This document shows, one piece after another, positions 8,991-18,596 of a stretch of 64,000 nt of DNA. The DNA is taken from the sequence record NC_048674.1. One strand, written 5' to 3'. The notes under the pieces are model-generated. The model did not search any database and was not told where the DNA came from. It was given only the letters and a program-made list of their open reading frames with translations. Made by a program: the position numbers and the translations under genes. Position 1 is the stretch's first letter, and each line of letters starts with the position of its first letter.

Positions 8991-10994
8991 ATGAAAGAAC
9001 AAGAAGGTAAAATCCTAAGTGATTACGAACATATTTTCCTCAATAGTGATATGTATGTTGGGTCGCTTTCGGAAGAAACCCATTTAGTGTTGGTTGATGG
9101 GAATTTTGTAGAAAAGCAATACATTCCGGGTTTGGTTAAAATTATCGATGAAATTATCGATAACTCAGTTGATGAAGCTATTCGTACCGATTTCAAATTT
9201 GCTAATAAAATTGATATTGTTGTTGATGACCAAACCAATCAGGTATCCATTTCTGATAATGGTCGTGGTATCCCGCAATATGACGTAAAGACCCCGGAAG
9301 GCGAAACCATCCCATATCCACAAGCTTGTTACACCCGAGCCCGTTCCGGTGGTAACTTCTCTGCTGATCGTAAGGGTATCGGTAAAAATGGTGTTGGTTC
9401 GGTATTGACCAACCTATACTCTACAATGTTCCGTGCGACAACTTGTGATGGGAAAAATACGGTCACAATCTATTGTACACAAAATGCAGAACACCAATCC
9501 TACACCAAGAAAAAAGGTGGCACTCAGGGTACAACTGTTGAATTTATCCCAGATCTACTTGACAAATTTAACATCTTTGGTGGTATGCCTCCTGACGTAG
9601 TTGATGTTATCCGTTCTCGGGTAGAAATACTTTCTATTTTGTTCCCACAAGTAAAATTCACATTCAATAAGAAAAAAGTAGATTCCAAGTTCAAGAAATT
9701 TGCTAGTGACTTTGGGAATCCTGTTATCTTTGAAAATGAGAATTGTTCGTTCTTTATCGGTACATCAGATGAATTCCGTCAACTGAGTTATGTTAACGGG
9801 GTTCACACTAAACAGGGTGGTAACCACGTTGAATATCTGATAAACAGTCTATGTGATGAATTGACCCCCATGATCAAGCGTAAGTTTAAGGTCGAGATTA
9901 ACAAAGCCCGTATCAAGGAAAACACTTTGCTGTTCCTTTCTCTTCGTGGCTTTGAGGGTGCCAAATTTGACGGACAAACTAAAGAACGGTTGAGTAATTC
10001 CAACGGTCAGATCAAGGATCACTGCGGAATCGATATCAAGTCCATAGCCAAAAAGATGATATCCAACGATTCTGTTATCATGCCAATTGTAGAGAGTGCA
10101 ATTGCAAAACGGGATGCGGTGGAAAAGGCACTAGCGACAAAAGCACAAAAGAAGGCTCTAACTGCCAACGTACCAAAACATATCCAAGCGAACAAATATG
10201 GAAAGAAAGGGTTTGAAACCACTCTGTTCTTGACCGAGGGTGATTCTGCAAGTGGCCCACTGGGTATAACTCGCGACCACGACACTCAGGGTGGATTCCC
10301 GTTGAAGGGTAAACTTCTATCTGTTCATAAATGCGAAAAGGTAAAGGTAATTGCCAACAAAGAGATTGCCAATATTATTTCAATTCTTGGTATGACTCTA
10401 GATGATACAAAAGAGCTACCATCAGGAGATTTCTTTGTAAATAAAGATGGTTTCATTGTTGCAGAAAATGATGAAATGTTGGTAAATGGTAAATGGGTTG
10501 AAACTCGTGGTATTGTAACCGGTAAGGATTGGGAACAAACTCTACAGCCTGATATGTTAAAATATCGTGGTCAAAAAGGGGTTCGACGTAACACCAAGGC
10601 AAATTATGATTATGTTGCTATCTTGGTAGATGCGGATCCAGATGGACGAGGACATATCAGTAACCTGATAATCTCGTTGTTCCATAAGTACTGGAAACAC
10701 TTTATTGATCAAGGTCGTTTGTTGGTATGCCGTACCCCGGAATTCATTAGTCGAAACGGGAAAGAAACCGTTTGGAGTTATGATACGGTAGAATTTCACT
10801 CCAAGACGTTCAAGGGTTCTGGGTGGAAGCATGAACACGTTAAGGGTCTGGGTCAGTTAGACCGAGCTGACTACAAGAAATGTATTCGAGATCCTTATAT
10901 GGAGGTTGTTCGGGTTGATGAACAAGCAGCAGATGCGTTAGAAATGTTCTTTGGAACCGAATCGGACCTTCGTAAGGTGTGGATGGATGATTAA
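8991..10994 (+). CDS. 39: Type II DNA topoisomerase large subunit, fused gp39+gp60
   Basis: GHKL motifs EIIDNSVDE, DNGRGIP, GKNGVGS; TOPRIM TEGDSA, PLKGK, DADPDG; KGLG. Single uninterrupted ORF. Confidence 0.97.
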   Translation: MKEQEGKILSDYEHIFLNSDMYVGSLSEETHLVLVDGNFVEKQYIPGLVKIIDEIIDNSVDEAIRTDFKFANKIDIVVDDQTNQVSISDNGRGIPQYDVKTPEGETIPYPQACYTRARSGGNFSADRKGIGKNGVGSVLTNLYSTMFRATTCDGKNTVTIYCTQNAEHQSYTKKKGGTQGTTVEFIPDLLDKFNIFGGMPPDVVDVIRSRVEILSILFPQVKFTFNKKKVDSKFKKFASDFGNPVIFENENCSFFIGTSDEFRQLSYVNGVHTKQGGNHVEYLINSLCDELTPMIKRKFKVEINKARIKENTLLFLSLRGFEGAKFDGQTKERLSNSNGQIKDHCGIDIKSIAKKMISNDSVIMPIVESAIAKRDAVEKALATKAQKKALTANVPKHIQANKYGKKGFETTLFLTEGDSASGPLGITRDHDTQGGFPLKGKLLSVHKCEKVKVIANKEIANIISILGMTLDDTKELPSGDFFVNKDGFIVAENDEMLVNGKWVETRGIVTGKDWEQTLQPDMLKYRGQKGVRRNTKANYDYVAILVDADPDGRGHISNLIISLFHKYWKHFIDQGRLLVCRTPEFISRNGKETVWSYDTVEFHSKTFKGSGWKHEHVKGLGQLDRADYKKCIRDPYMEVVRVDEQAADALEMFFGTESDLRKVWMDD

Positions 10995-10996
10995 CA

Positions 10997-11030
10997 AAAA
11001 GGGAACCGATGGGGTTCCCTTTTCTTTTTT
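10997..11030 (+). terminator. Intrinsic terminator
   Basis: AAAAGGGAACC-GATGG-GGTTCCCTTTT plus T run. Confidence 0.8.
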
Positions 11031-11064
11031 ATTGTGTATAATAGTGGAAAATAGAGGAATAATT

Positions 11065-11391
11065 ATGGCTAACCTAAATGATATCGCTCACTCAGTAAGA
11101 CCTACAATCTCAATTGGAGACAAATCCACCGTGTGGTTTATCCGTGAAAAGCTTGTAGGGTGGTTTGAAGAAAGTGTAGAATACTGGCTTGAATGGTGTA
11201 AAGAAGATGGTATAGAACCTATCGAAGAGGTTCTAAAAGAAAATATGAAGCTTCTCAACGCAATAAAAACATGTTCTACAATCACAAAGAAAACTGTTGA
11301 TTGGAAACTGGTTATGGGTTATGATGTTGACATTGATAAGCTTGCACTCGACTGGTTAGATCTATATCTTGACTATGAGGTTAAAAAATGA
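11065..11391 (+). CDS. Hypothetical protein
   Basis: ATG 11065 with GAGGA SD. Confidence 0.6.
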   Translation: MANLNDIAHSVRPTISIGDKSTVWFIREKLVGWFEESVEYWLEWCKEDGIEPIEEVLKENMKLLNAIKTCSTITKKTVDWKLVMGYDVDIDKLALDWLDLYLDYEVKK

Positions 11392-11660
11392 GTATGTACA
11401 AATTCCGAAGTGACTATGAAAAAGAAGAGTTCATTTCTGTTGGTGAGGTTTTTCACGAATTTGAAGAGGATGGTATTAACTCAAACAAGTTAATCGTTGA
11501 TTTTCTTAAAAAGACTGGTCGTGACGAATTTGAACTTGTGCCGTTTGTACCTGATGAAAAATACGTTATCGATTTAGAAGAAACTCCCGATGAACTGAAA
11601 GACTTGATCTATCATTTCAGCCAAGCTGACATCGAAAACTATCTTGTGGAGATTGAATAA
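11388..11660 (+). CDS. Small acidic protein, Y(K/R)F(K/R)S family
   Basis: MSMYKFRSDYEKEEFI; coupled ORF. Confidence 0.6.
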   Translation: MSMYKFRSDYEKEEFISVGEVFHEFEEDGINSNKLIVDFLKKTGRDEFELVPFVPDEKYVIDLEETPDELKDLIYHFSQADIENYLVEIE

Positions 11661-11947
11661 TGAACAAATACCGGTTTAAAAGTGAGAACCATAAACAGGA
11701 ATTTCTGAATTCTTCGTGGGATTTTGAAGATGAGATGGAATTCAACTACAACGAATCCATCTGTAAATTCTTGGATATGGAAGGTATTGACGAATTTTAT
11801 GTTGACGAAACAGAAGACCATCAGTATTGTATCCTAATCGAAGACGACGACGGGAATTTTGGAATCGCAGAAGTCATCCATATCGGTAAACCGCTTCTGT
11901 TCCACTTCTACCCAGAAGACGTACATCATTATCTCGAAGTAGTTTAA
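11660..11947 (+). CDS. Small acidic protein, Y(K/R)F(K/R)S family
   Basis: MNKYRFKSENHKQEFL; TAATG-coupled. Confidence 0.6.
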   Translation: MNKYRFKSENHKQEFLNSSWDFEDEMEFNYNESICKFLDMEGIDEFYVDETEDHQYCILIEDDDGNFGIAEVIHIGKPLLFHFYPEDVHHYLEVV

Positions 11948-11969
11948 AAGGTTAAATGAGAAATACATT

Positions 11970-14204
11970 ATGAAAATTGTTACAAATAAACAACCTGTAT
12001 TTGGGACTGTTATGGAAGAGTCCCGCGATTTTGGTATGAAGTTTGATGAAAAAGCTTATACCATTCTTAGTTCTGGGCTTTATAAATTCAAGATCCGAGC
12101 TTTCATTCGTGAATTGAGCTGTAACGCAATCGATGGTCACATTGCATTGGAAAAGATTGGTGGAACCCCACCGAAATATTTTGATGTAGAGCTTCCGTCT
12201 GATATTAATTTGCAATGGAGACTCCGCGATTATGGTATTGGTATGGACAAGGATGGTATTTTCAACTTGTTCACCACATATTTTGCATCAACCAAGGAAG
12301 ATTCTGACGATTTTATCGGTGCATTTGGTCTTGGTTCTAAAAGTCCGTTCTGCTACACAACAACATTCACTGTAACATCGTGGTGTAAGGGTCTCAAAAC
12401 CGTCTATAGCATCTTCATGAACAACGGTATACCAAAGTGTGTCCCCATCTTCGAAGAACCGTCAGACGAGCCCACAGGTATCGAAATCGTAATCCCTATC
12501 GATCAAGATGATATTACCGAAGTTCGGAATGAAGCTCGGGTGGTGTACCACACATTTGATAAAGATGGATTTTATCCAAACATCATCAATCAGAATTTCG
12601 AGTTGACTAACTACAAGTCATCTGGTTACTATGGTTCCATCATGGATAATGGCGTATATGCTGTTATGGGTGGTGTTTCTTACAAGATCCCAGCAAAGCT
12701 TTACGAAAATGAGGTTTGTTCGGTATTCTTTAATAATTCATATAACTTTATCGATTTTCCTGTTGGGTCTCTCAATCCTCTCCCGAACCGGGAAGAATTG
12801 AGTCTTGATAAACACACACTGAATACACTGAATTCTTATTTTAAATCCCAATCGGACCAAGTTATTGATGAAGTCAATAAAAAGGTTTCTGAACATGGAA
12901 AGGATGCACGAAGTAAAATTCATGCTATTTTGTCTATGGATTTTGGTGAGCATATCTTTAACAAAGTATCAAAGATTATTGACCATAACGGCAAGTCTCT
13001 TCAAGATTGGCGCTTCTTCTACGAAAGTATTACATCTTCGAAAGAATGGTCTTTGTTTAAAGATTTCTGTGTGGATCACAGTTATAAAAACAAAAATTTC
13101 GTTTATATCGATACATTTAGTAATGCGGTGCGAAATGTTTGGAATCTTGAACGTGCAAGATATTACGGGTCGTCTCGTAAAATCGAGTTTAATGACTATT
13201 TCATGCCGTCAGTAAAGAATAAGCGATATCCATTCCCAATCCTTCTGTCTAATATGGATGGTAAGTGGAAGGTACGGATCAAGCTTCTTATGAAGTATGG
13301 TATCATTCCTAATGAACGGGTTGTTGTTATGAGCGATTACCCTTATTCTCGCAAACCTTTCAAGAATGTAACTCGAAATCTCTTTATCCAGATTGCAAAG
13401 CGTTACCACAAAGACGATATCGATGTTTTTCATGTAGAGAAGTTGTATGATAAGCACGTTCAAGAAATTGAAGAGAAAGAAGCAGAAGAGAAGCGCCAAC
13501 GTCGTTTAGAAGCACAGCGGAATAGGGCTAAAACTCCACGTTACAAACCAGACAACTCGCATTATTATAATAAAGGGTATCGCAGTACTGGCAATTTCCT
13601 TGCCAAGGATGTACACGAGCTTAGTGGGCTGTATGGTCTTCGTTCTGGCGAATATATTGTTGTTGATGGTCATGAAGTTACAGATGGACTTCAAAGTTGG
13701 TTATCTGAGATGTTTGATACAACGTTGTATGCATTTCCGAAAACCCTTGAACGACGGGCTAACATGAATGAGAATTTGACTCTCATTACAAAGGAAATGA
13801 TCAAAGGTAAACTTGTTGAATATCTCAATAACAATTTAAAGGGTAATAAAATTGGTTGGAATATCAATAGGTCTGATAAGCCAAGGGTCGATATGGAAAT
13901 TACTCGGGAAATGAAGGACTATTTTGGTATCTCGGAATCCGGTGATTGGGATCATGATCTTGGTAATATTTATGTTCATGCTCAAGAATATTTGACTGAA
14001 CATGAATATCAAGTTTATACCGATGTTGTTGAAAACCATCGTCAGAGTATGTATGATGTATATCATAATTTTTATGACGAAATGAAAAAGCAATTCCCCA
14101 TGGAATGTGCGATTCTTAGGTTGAAGAAAAATTATAGTTGTGTAAAAAACGAAGAGTTCGAACTTGCAACTAAACTTATTATGGAAAACTACAAAGGGGT
14201 GTAA
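11970..14204 (+). CDS. rIIA: rIIA protein (GHKL ATPase-like N-terminus)
   Basis: AFIRELSCNAID, LRDYGIGM, STK..SDDFIGAFGLGSKSPF; directly after topoisomerase and before rIIB. Confidence 0.95.
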   Translation: MKIVTNKQPVFGTVMEESRDFGMKFDEKAYTILSSGLYKFKIRAFIRELSCNAIDGHIALEKIGGTPPKYFDVELPSDINLQWRLRDYGIGMDKDGIFNLFTTYFASTKEDSDDFIGAFGLGSKSPFCYTTTFTVTSWCKGLKTVYSIFMNNGIPKCVPIFEEPSDEPTGIEIVIPIDQDDITEVRNEARVVYHTFDKDGFYPNIINQNFELTNYKSSGYYGSIMDNGVYAVMGGVSYKIPAKLYENEVCSVFFNNSYNFIDFPVGSLNPLPNREELSLDKHTLNTLNSYFKSQSDQVIDEVNKKVSEHGKDARSKIHAILSMDFGEHIFNKVSKIIDHNGKSLQDWRFFYESITSSKEWSLFKDFCVDHSYKNKNFVYIDTFSNAVRNVWNLERARYYGSSRKIEFNDYFMPSVKNKRYPFPILLSNMDGKWKVRIKLLMKYGIIPNERVVVMSDYPYSRKPFKNVTRNLFIQIAKRYHKDDIDVFHVEKLYDKHVQEIEEKEAEEKRQRRLEAQRNRAKTPRYKPDNSHYYNKGYRSTGNFLAKDVHELSGLYGLRSGEYIVVDGHEVTDGLQSWLSEMFDTTLYAFPKTLERRANMNENLTLITKEMIKGKLVEYLNNNLKGNKIGWNINRSDKPRVDMEITREMKDYFGISESGDWDHDLGNIYVHAQEYLTEHEYQVYTDVVENHRQSMYDVYHNFYDEMKKQFPMECAILRLKKNYSCVKNEEFELATKLIMENYKGV

Positions 14205-14228
14205 GCCCCTTTTTAATGAGGAAATAAA

Positions 14229-15422
14229 ATGGAAACTATCCATATTGAAAAACTTGAAGCATTGATTCGTAGCGGTATTTACGATGTAACCGGTTATAAA
14301 ATAAAAGAACTTGACAACAACAGAACTTTTGCATATTACAACCTAGACGATCTCGATGTTGTAGAACTTGTTATGTATATCGAGGAAGAACTTGATATAG
14401 ATCTTGGCGATCTCGATGTACTTGAAGGATGGGAAGCCCTTACAATTAAAGAATTGATTAAATTGATGGTTGGGACTAATAAAATCGATTTGCAATTTGA
14501 TGTACATGATTATTCTGAAAATAAAGTCGAAGAAAGTCGTGATGATAAAATTATCCGACTTCATAATCTCGGAATCAGCCAAAACGAAATTTCCCGTCAA
14601 ACTGGTATCCCTCGTTCAACAGTAGGTGATGTAGTTCGTCGCTATAAGGGAATTCAGAAGAAGTCGGATAAAACAATCCATTTGAAGGAAATAATCGAAC
14701 CGGTTCATACCCCCGTGGTATCTTGGAATGCAAGTTATGACTTTATTAACTGCTTCATTGATGGAACCCCATACGTTGCAGACCGAGCCCACCCACGGTT
14801 TGAAGATGCGTTTCAACTCCTGATCCGCGACAATGATGTGGTCGGTGCGGTAAACCTGATTTCTATCAAAGAAGCAATCAAAACCTATTCTTCTGGTGAT
14901 ATTCGGATTGAAGGCGACACACTCTACTATCGTGATATTGTTCTTGATACATCGATGACCCGAAGAATCATTGATATGTGGGCGTCCGGGGAAGAGTTTG
15001 AGTATATGGTTACCTTCCTGAAAAACCTGTTACAGAATCCGCGCCGTGCGGCTGTATACGAGCTTTTTGACTTCCTGACTCATAGTGACATCAAAATCAC
15101 CAACGATGGTCATTTCCTAGCGTACAAGCGCGTTACCGAGGATTATAAGGATATCCGCACCCACACGTTTGATAATAGTATTGGTTCTAAGCCACGAGTC
15201 GAGCCATTTGAGGTAGATGACGACCGAAACAATACTTGTGCTGCGGGTCTTCATGCTGCTGCTCGTCACTACATCCCATACTATTCATCTTGTGAGAATG
15301 ACCGGGTTGTGATGGTTAAGATCAACCCAGCCCACGTCGTTGCTATCCCAACTGATTACGACAATGCGAAACTTCGTACTTGGACTTATGAAGTAATCTC
15401 AGACGTAACTCACGAGTTCTAA
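14229..15422 (+). CDS. rIIB: rIIB protein with extra N-terminal ACP-like domain
   Basis: HTH (GISQNEISRQTGIPRSTVGDV) and rIIB core (FLKNLLQNP, TNDGHFLAYKRV, C..GLH, VKINPAHVVAIPTDY). The first ~80 aa are ACP-like. Confidence 0.93.
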   Translation: METIHIEKLEALIRSGIYDVTGYKIKELDNNRTFAYYNLDDLDVVELVMYIEEELDIDLGDLDVLEGWEALTIKELIKLMVGTNKIDLQFDVHDYSENKVEESRDDKIIRLHNLGISQNEISRQTGIPRSTVGDVVRRYKGIQKKSDKTIHLKEIIEPVHTPVVSWNASYDFINCFIDGTPYVADRAHPRFEDAFQLLIRDNDVVGAVNLISIKEAIKTYSSGDIRIEGDTLYYRDIVLDTSMTRRIIDMWASGEEFEYMVTFLKNLLQNPRRAAVYELFDFLTHSDIKITNDGHFLAYKRVTEDYKDIRTHTFDNSIGSKPRVEPFEVDDDRNNTCAAGLHAAARHYIPYYSSCENDRVVMVKINPAHVVAIPTDYDNAKLRTWTYEVISDVTHEF

Positions 15423-15424
15423 AT

Positions 15425-15445
15425 AAGGGGAGAAATCCCCTTTTA
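15425..15445 (+). terminator. Intrinsic terminator
   Basis: AAGGGGA-GAAA-TCCCCTTTT. Confidence 0.75.
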
Positions 15446-15527
15446 ACATATGAGAAAATCAAAATCAAAACATGAGTACATTGTGATATATAATGTTTAT
15501 AACAAAACACATAAGGTACTTTAAATA

Positions 15528-16481
15528 ATGGCTATCAGTAATTACGAAACTGTCATCTCACAGATTGTCGAGATGAAAGAGAACAAGGGTATGGGTTCGC
15601 GAGCAATTGCGAAAGAACTTGGTATTTCTAAATCTTCCGTAAACTATTATTACGAGCGTTTCATGGAAGAGAACAATATTGTGGACGATATCAAAACCGG
15701 TCCCCGTGTTCTAGTTCTGGATATTGAAACCGCTCCGATTATGGCTCATGTATGGCGCTTGTTTAAGACCAACGTTGGTCTGAATATGATCGAGTCCGAT
15801 TGGTATATGCTTAGTTTTGCTGCTAAATGGTTTGACAGTGATGAAATCATTTATATGGACCAGCGAAATGCACCAAATATCGAAGATGATTCAGAAATGC
15901 TGAAAGTTCTATGGGAGCTTCTTGACGAAGCTGATATCGTTCTTCATCAGAATGGTCGTCGGTTTGATATTCCAAAAATTCGCAGTCGTATGATCGTTCA
16001 TGGTATGAAACCGTTCTCTACCGTGAAGCATATTGATACTCTTGAGATCGCAAAACGCACGTTTGGTTTTACTTCCAACAAGCTGGAATATATGACCGAT
16101 AAGCTATGCACAGAAACCAAGAAATCTAAACATACTCAATTCCCCGGTTTTGAATTGTGGAAAGAATGCTTGGCTGGTAATATCGAAGCTTGGAAAGAGA
16201 TGGAAGAATATAATATTGATGATATCGTATCTCTCCAAGAACTATATGTTAAATTGGCTCCATGGTCGGATCGTCTTCCGAACTTCTCTCTTTATACAGA
16301 TTCAGACAAATTCACTTGCGTATGTGGAAATCATGAGTTTGAAGATGCCGGGTTCGCGTATACCGAAGTTAGTAAGTTCAAACAATATAAATGCACCCAC
16401 TGTGGTAAACACTGGCGTGGTCGCAAGAACCAAATCACTAAGATTAAGTCAAAACTTCTGTTGACTAATGCTCGTGAATAA
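15528..16481 (+). CDS. HTH + RNase H-like/DEDD exonuclease + C-terminal Zn ribbon
   Basis: N-terminal SRAIAKELGISKSSV HTH; LVLDIET, HQNGRRFD, YNIDD; CVCG...CTHC. Confidence 0.85.
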   Translation: MAISNYETVISQIVEMKENKGMGSRAIAKELGISKSSVNYYYERFMEENNIVDDIKTGPRVLVLDIETAPIMAHVWRLFKTNVGLNMIESDWYMLSFAAKWFDSDEIIYMDQRNAPNIEDDSEMLKVLWELLDEADIVLHQNGRRFDIPKIRSRMIVHGMKPFSTVKHIDTLEIAKRTFGFTSNKLEYMTDKLCTETKKSKHTQFPGFELWKECLAGNIEAWKEMEEYNIDDIVSLQELYVKLAPWSDRLPNFSLYTDSDKFTCVCGNHEFEDAGFAYTEVSKFKQYKCTHCGKHWRGRKNQITKIKSKLLLTNARE

Positions 16482-16492
16482 TAGTAAACTAT

Positions 16493-16520
16493 AGGGAATC
16501 CTTCGGGGTTCCCTTTTTCG
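16493..16520 (+). terminator. Intrinsic terminator (UUCG loop)
   Basis: AGGGAATCC-TTCG-GGGTTCCCTTTTT. Confidence 0.85.
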
Positions 16521-16535
16521 TTATGAGGAAATAAA

Positions 16536-16829
16536 ATGGTTGATATGTTTGGTAATGAGCTTGTGGTCGGTGATTATATCGTCCACGGTATGGACAACGG
16601 TTCTACCCTGTTATTGGGTCGTGTGTTCAAGCTAGGTGAGAAGAAATGTTGGTTCTACTATGTTCATAAGCATGAACAGGGGTACTATGAAATGTGGTTG
16701 AACAACCGTCATAACCGAGACTATGACAGAGTTGTTAAGTATACTGGTGATATCCATCTGATCAATAAAGGGTTGGGTGGTATTCGTGATGAAAATGGTA
16801 AATTGGTTGATCGATTTTTAGAATTTTGA
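16536..16829 (+). CDS. Hypothetical protein
   Basis: DMFGNELVVGDYIV start common to small phage SH3-like proteins; good SD. Confidence 0.6.
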   Translation: MVDMFGNELVVGDYIVHGMDNGSTLLLGRVFKLGEKKCWFYYVHKHEQGYYEMWLNNRHNRDYDRVVKYTGDIHLINKGLGGIRDENGKLVDRFLEF

Positions 16830-16836
16830 GGTGTAT

Positions 16837-17121
16837 ATGTTTAAATATAAAGTGTGGTTTGCGTCGGAAGAACAAAAAGCTGAAATGATCAGGTATATAA
16901 ATGAAGATGAGTTGGGACCTTGTAAAGTAGTTGTACCATATCTTGAAGAAATTGATGTTGGGGTGAAATATGATTTTGAATCAAATAAAAAACTAGAAAC
17001 TTATTCTTATTCTGACGGGACGTTAAAAACCGTATTTAATGGGAAATATAACGATGGTATAAACCTCTTTATACCGGAAGATATTGACGATGGTCGGGTG
17101 TGTTGTGAGGCAATAGAATGA
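16837..17121 (+). CDS. Hypothetical protein
   Basis: GAGG SD; FKYKVWFASEEQK N-terminus. Confidence 0.55.
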   Translation: MFKYKVWFASEEQKAEMIRYINEDELGPCKVVVPYLEEIDVGVKYDFESNKKLETYSYSDGTLKTVFNGKYNDGINLFIPEDIDDGRVCCEAIE

Positions 17122-17414
17122 AAATTTTTCAAGAATACAAAAACGGCAAGCTAATTGAAACCAAAGGCCCATTTTCTGTAATCCGGTGTAGTCGTTATTA
17201 TCTGGTGGCGGTTATTAACGGGGAGAAGATAGAACTAGGTCAGTGCAATGATTATGAAAAAACTTATAAAAAAGGTATTGACCAATGGATCTCTAAGGTG
17301 TACTCTAGGTGTATTGATACAGAAGAGAGTTACCGTTGGCAGGCTGAGAACCTTATCAAGCAAGCTGACGGAGAACGAGAGATTATTGAATTAATCAAAT
17401 CACTGAGGGAATAA
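17118..17414 (+). CDS. Hypothetical protein
   Basis: ATGA-coupled ORF. Confidence 0.55.
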   Translation: MKIFQEYKNGKLIETKGPFSVIRCSRYYLVAVINGEKIELGQCNDYEKTYKKGIDQWISKVYSRCIDTEESYRWQAENLIKQADGEREIIELIKSLRE

Positions 17415-17416
17415 TT

Positions 17417-17530
17417 ATGGAAATCATCGATATCATTTATCAACCAGTATGTTTTTGCCCTGAATGTGGCGGTGCCCTTGATGGTGGTATCGACGATGTG
17501 TGCGAATACTGCACAACAGAAGAGGAATAA
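17417..17530 (+). CDS. 37-aa zinc-ribbon microprotein (not in ORF track)
   Basis: Manual translation MEIIDIIYQPVCFCPECGGALDGGIDDVCEYCTTEEE; GAGGG SD. Confidence 0.6.
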   Translation: MEIIDIIYQPVCFCPECGGALDGGIDDVCEYCTTEEE

Positions 17531-17535
17531 CAATT

Positions 17536-17793
17536 ATGGATATGATCGAATACTACGACTCTTTGGGTTGGAAACCTTTTCGTGAGTATATGTGTGATGT
17601 CATCTATATGGAATATGATGCACAACTGGTGATTCGCACAAAAGATCTTGGAGAACCACCACATTATAAAGATGTCTTCCTTGTTACCTTAAACTGGGAA
17701 CAGGGACACGGCAACAACTGGTATTTTGAAACAGAAGATGGTTTGATTTTCAAGCCAGACGAAGTAAAAGAATTTTTGTTCGATTATAGTTGA
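17536..17793 (+). CDS. Hypothetical protein
   Basis: Internal ATG of the track ORF 17500; GAGGA SD. Confidence 0.55.
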   Translation: MDMIEYYDSLGWKPFREYMCDVIYMEYDAQLVIRTKDLGEPPHYKDVFLVTLNWEQGHGNNWYFETEDGLIFKPDEVKEFLFDYS

Positions 17794-17817
17794 CTCCCAT
17801 AGCCGTTAGATTATAAT
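17790..17817 (+). promoter_or_regulatory. Sigma70-like early promoter
   Basis: TTGACT-16-TATAAT. Confidence 0.7.
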
Positions 17818-17847
17818 CATGGTTATCAACTGTTCTGAGGTAGTACA

Positions 17848-18414
17848 ATGAAAGTTTCATATGAATGCGATTACACCAGCTTTGAACATTGCAAAGGCGT
17901 TGACATTGTTGTTAAACATTTCACAAAATTTGCGGTTGTTGCATCTAAAATAATCGACGATTCAAATATGGAACTTCTTGTTACTCAATATGAAGGGAAC
18001 CAATACGAATTCTCTTTGTCCTGTGGAAAGAAACTCAGTATGATCCGAGTTGTTAACCTACGTACTGGTCATTATGAGCACGACACATTTTCCCTTGGGG
18101 AAGAATTCCAAGGGAGAGGACTTGTTAAACATATGTTCCGTTGTACTATCGACATATGCGAGGCACTTGGTATAACAAAAGTCGTTACGTCTGCGATTCT
18201 TGATGGTCGGATCGTATGGTTAAAACGTGGATTTGTTCCTTTCTGTTGCGAAACCTATTTCAATCGACTTGAAAAGATGGGTGTTTGTGTTCCTGTGTGC
18301 GAACGGAATGAATATTGGTTCAATCAAGAAAATCTGAAAAAATACGAAAAAGAGGTTGCAGAAATCTCTTGGCATGGTTATGCTATGGTTGAAACTTTAA
18401 AACAATATGTATGA
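17848..18414 (+). CDS. GNAT-family acetyltransferase-like protein
   Basis: Acetyl-CoA motif A LGEEFQGRGL, followed by GITKV and W.KRGF. Confidence 0.65.
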   Translation: MKVSYECDYTSFEHCKGVDIVVKHFTKFAVVASKIIDDSNMELLVTQYEGNQYEFSLSCGKKLSMIRVVNLRTGHYEHDTFSLGEEFQGRGLVKHMFRCTIDICEALGITKVVTSAILDGRIVWLKRGFVPFCCETYFNRLEKMGVCVPVCERNEYWFNQENLKKYEKEVAEISWHGYAMVETLKQYV

Positions 18415-18425
18415 AGGAAAATATA

Positions 18426-18596
18426 ATGAAAGTAACTGAAATTGGTGTTAAATTGTGTGGTGTTTATGTGGTATGCCCGCATTGCAATAAGGAACTGGAT
18501 GGTTGGTATGTAGACCCACGAGGACAAACTACAACTTGTGACTTCTGTGATAAAGAGTTTGAAATTCACTCTGATGCAGATCTGGAATTACTATGA
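18426..18596 (+). CDS. Small zinc-ribbon protein
   Basis: CPHC...CDFC. Confidence 0.6.
   Translation: MKVTEIGVKLCGVYVVCPHCNKELDGWYVDPRGQTTTCDFCDKEFEIHSDADLELL

Noticed and set aside
8991-10994. Gene 60 ribosomal bypass or mobA insertion
   Set aside because: The topoisomerase is one continuous ORF with no internal stop or endonuclease.
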